Virus record (IMG/VR): IMGVR_UViG_3300032431_000001
Span: 1-64,000 of that record
Direction: 5' to 3' (one strand)
DNA from: a virus
DNA length: 64,000 nt
The position numbers and the translations under genes are program-made. Under the pieces are notes generated by a model. It was given only the letters and a program-made list of their open reading frames with translations, made no database searches and was not told where the DNA came from. Of the stretch, positions 62,147 to 64,000 are shown piece after piece (position 1 is the first letter of the stretch; each line of letters starts with the position of its first letter).

Positions 62147-62374
62147 ATGAGCTTAGAAGCACTGTCAAGTCGAGCATCACTTTTCCCGATCGCCCAATGG
62201 GGGTCGTCTCTGTCCAGGGAAACTGTGCGACGAGTTATTTACAAGCCACCGCTGACAAAATTTCTAGAGGATAACGGGGCTTCTTTAGATATTCAGGCAT
62301 TTCTGTGGTTAAATAAAACTACAGCGTTTAATCTGGAAGCAGGAACTTTAGTTAGTCTAGCTACAGATCAATAG
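62147..62374 (+). CDS. small hypothetical protein
   Basis: ORF track 62072..62374 trimmed to ATG 62147. A strong terminator (62411-62439) follows. Confidence 0.3.
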   Translation: MSLEALSSRASLFPIAQWGSSLSRETVRRVIYKPPLTKFLEDNGASLDIQAFLWLNKTTAFNLEAGTLVSLATDQ

Positions 62375-62410
62375 AAATTTAAAGATACGAACCAAGACCA
62401 ACCCTAACCA

Positions 62411-62439
62411 AGAGGTCGAGCCAAAAAAGCTCGACCTCT
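62411..62439 (+). terminator. intrinsic terminator
   Basis: AGAGGTCGAGC-CAAAAAA-GCTCGACCTCT followed by T7, after stop 62374. Confidence 0.75.
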
Positions 62440-62455
62440 TTTTTTGTGAATTTTT

Positions 62456-64000
62456 ATGAACACTTCAATTGAAGCTGTAGGTGCAGTGCTGTCTCAAAAA
62501 AATAGCTCCGCCGTCAAAAATGCGTGGCAAGCGCTTACGGATCTCTTACTAGCGTCTGGGAATTTGTCGTTCTCCGACATTCCCAAAGAATTGGTCAGCG
62601 CTCAAAGTGTTTACGAGGCTCACAAGAAAGAAATCAATGCTTCGGAAAGACTGACAGACTGCGTAAACAGAGCAACCTGGGAGATGCGCTTGCGGACGGT
62701 GATGGATCATTTTAGCTCCATGTTTTATCAGGCTGCTTTCTACAGCGAAAAGTCCAAAAAAGACCTAATAATCTCCGAACTGACTTCGGATTTTTTAGAG
62801 ATCGTCAAAGACTTAGCTGTAAATACACCCAGCTTCGAGAAACCGTCAAACATGGTTTACGCAAGCAGTTCTCAAGAAAAGGTCGGATTTTCTGAAGAAG
62901 TTGCACCGCCGGTGCCGGAAATCTCACCTGAAGAAAAACATCTTGAAATAGCCCCCGAACCTGTAAGTGATTTAGAAAAACTGTTCCAGCAATCTGTTGC
63001 GCTAGAGCAAAATTCCGAATCGTCTGCGGAACCAACGCTCGTACAAGCGGGGAGTCAACAAGTGTCGTTCTCAGTGCTCGAAGAAGACAATCCGCTAGCT
63101 ATTCAAATCGAAGCAAAAGCGCACCTTGGGCGTTCAGCAACAAATGAGCGCGTAGTCGAAGGTATTTTGTTTAAAATCGATCGCCCAAGCGAAGCAATTC
63201 CGAGCGTCGGGCCAGGGCTACCTCTGTATATTCCTCGCAATGTCGCCTTAGAAGCTTTAGCTTGCTTAGATTTTACAAGACCGAAACCGATCGACGCGCA
63301 CGACTCGCTCTCAAAACACGCTTCGACAGAAATTGTTGGCGCGATGACAAGCGCCCGAATCAATGGCGATGATTTCTGGGTGACGGGTGTTTTGTGGGAT
63401 TACAACCAGCCTCACAAGGTTGAAGCAATTGCGGCGTCCCAAGATCACTTGGGAATGTCGGTTAATGCGACGGCCGAGGGTCATCCCGCAGAAGTAGACG
63501 GGCGATCGGTGTGGCAGATCGATCGCCTACGAATTCTGGGCGCTAACATCCTTTTCTCCGAAAAGGCAACTTTTAAAAAAACCAGAACCAACGTTTTAGC
63601 CAGCTCCGAATCTGGAGACTTAATTCCGATACTGGCATCTGCCGATGATTTTGAATTAGAAAACCTCACCTCCGATACTTCCGAAACTATGGACACCTCT
63701 GCTATTGCCTCTCAAATCCGCGAACTCAGCGAAAGCGTCGCATCAATGCACTCTGAAGTGAGAAACCGACTAAACACACTGGAGCCGACAGTAAAAGAAT
63801 TAGCCTCGCAGATGAGCGATATCCAAGCTGCTGCCAGGGAAACTAAAAACCAAGAACTGCAAGCGGCTGCTATGCAAATCGAACAGCAAAAACAGGCCCA
63901 ATTGTTGCAATCAATGACGCAAGTATTTGAAGAAAAGCTAGCGACGCTAGCCCCCAGAACAGGGCCAAGATATCCAAGCCGCCCATTACCTTTAGCCGCT
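62456..64000 (+). CDS. partial ORF: putative prohead protease / scaffolding-like protein (3' end beyond window)
   Basis: The frame is open from ATG 62456 to the window end (515 codons, no stop, hence not in the ORF track). The middle part (...PLYIPRNVALEALACLDFTRPKPIDAHDS...EIVGAMTSARINGDDFWVTGVLWD...HLGMSVNA) follows a prohead serine protease His...Ser pattern. The C-terminal part is a long coiled coil (IRELSESVASMHSEV...QIEQQKQAQLLQ), which is scaffold-like. Confidence 0.4.
   Translation, partial: MNTSIEAVGAVLSQKNSSAVKNAWQALTDLLLASGNLSFSDIPKELVSAQSVYEAHKKEINASERLTDCVNRATWEMRLRTVMDHFSSMFYQAAFYSEKSKKDLIISELTSDFLEIVKDLAVNTPSFEKPSNMVYASSSQEKVGFSEEVAPPVPEISPEEKHLEIAPEPVSDLEKLFQQSVALEQNSESSAEPTLVQAGSQQVSFSVLEEDNPLAIQIEAKAHLGRSATNERVVEGILFKIDRPSEAIPSVGPGLPLYIPRNVALEALACLDFTRPKPIDAHDSLSKHASTEIVGAMTSARINGDDFWVTGVLWDYNQPHKVEAIAASQDHLGMSVNATAEGHPAEVDGRSVWQIDRLRILGANILFSEKATFKKTRTNVLASSESGDLIPILASADDFELENLTSDTSETMDTSAIASQIRELSESVASMHSEVRNRLNTLEPTVKELASQMSDIQAAARETKNQELQAAAMQIEQQKQAQLLQSMTQVFEEKLATLAPRTGPRYPSRPLPLAA

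Noticed and set aside
1-64000. tRNA, tmRNA, rRNA, integrase and att repeats
   Set aside because: Scanning by eye, I found no cloverleaf-compatible sequence with a GTTCRANYC T-loop, no rRNA-like stretch, no tyrosine or large-serine integrase motifs, and no direct repeats at plausible island ends. A tRNAscan/Infernal run could still find something I missed.

Overview
HIP1 (GCGATCGC)-rich cyanobacterial DNA. Positions 1-1087 are the 5'-truncated remnant of a host PAS/HisKA sensor kinase on the minus strand. Everything to the right (about 1.05-64 kb) is a mosaic prophage-like island that runs past the right edge. Recognisable phage genes are scattered on both strands: portal, a 1012-aa P2 gpI-like tail/baseplate protein, a gp25/W-like baseplate wedge, a KilA-N protein, an extremely long tape-measure-like ORF (4806-4834 aa, 14.4 kb) and a partial protease/scaffold-like ORF at the right edge. 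A replication-type set is also present: an SF2 DEAH helicase, a bona fide dnaN, and a divergently transcribed pair of aberrant DnaN-fold proteins (705 aa and 657 aa, the latter fused to an array of zinc ribbons). That pair is driven from a 27-bp perfect palindrome and sits next to an orphan DGQHR/DndB-like gene; it is my top candidate for an undescribed system. Other content: an AAA+ ATPase / HExxH zincin / MerR-like cluster; three catalytically intact-looking TnpB elements (two IS1341-like, one IS607 with a serine-recombinase TnpA); one complete group II intron (RT-maturase-HNH) plus a truncated second copy abutting a TnpB element; tandem arrays of small ORFan paralogs; and many single-gene cassettes, each with a near-consensus sigma70-type promoter carrying a -10/N6/GTAGT(C) signature and a long palindromic terminator. 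I recognised no rRNA, tRNA or CRISPR array. All homology calls are by-eye motif recognition without database searches, so functional names are hypotheses. Coordinates of non-ORF features may be off by 1-2 nt.
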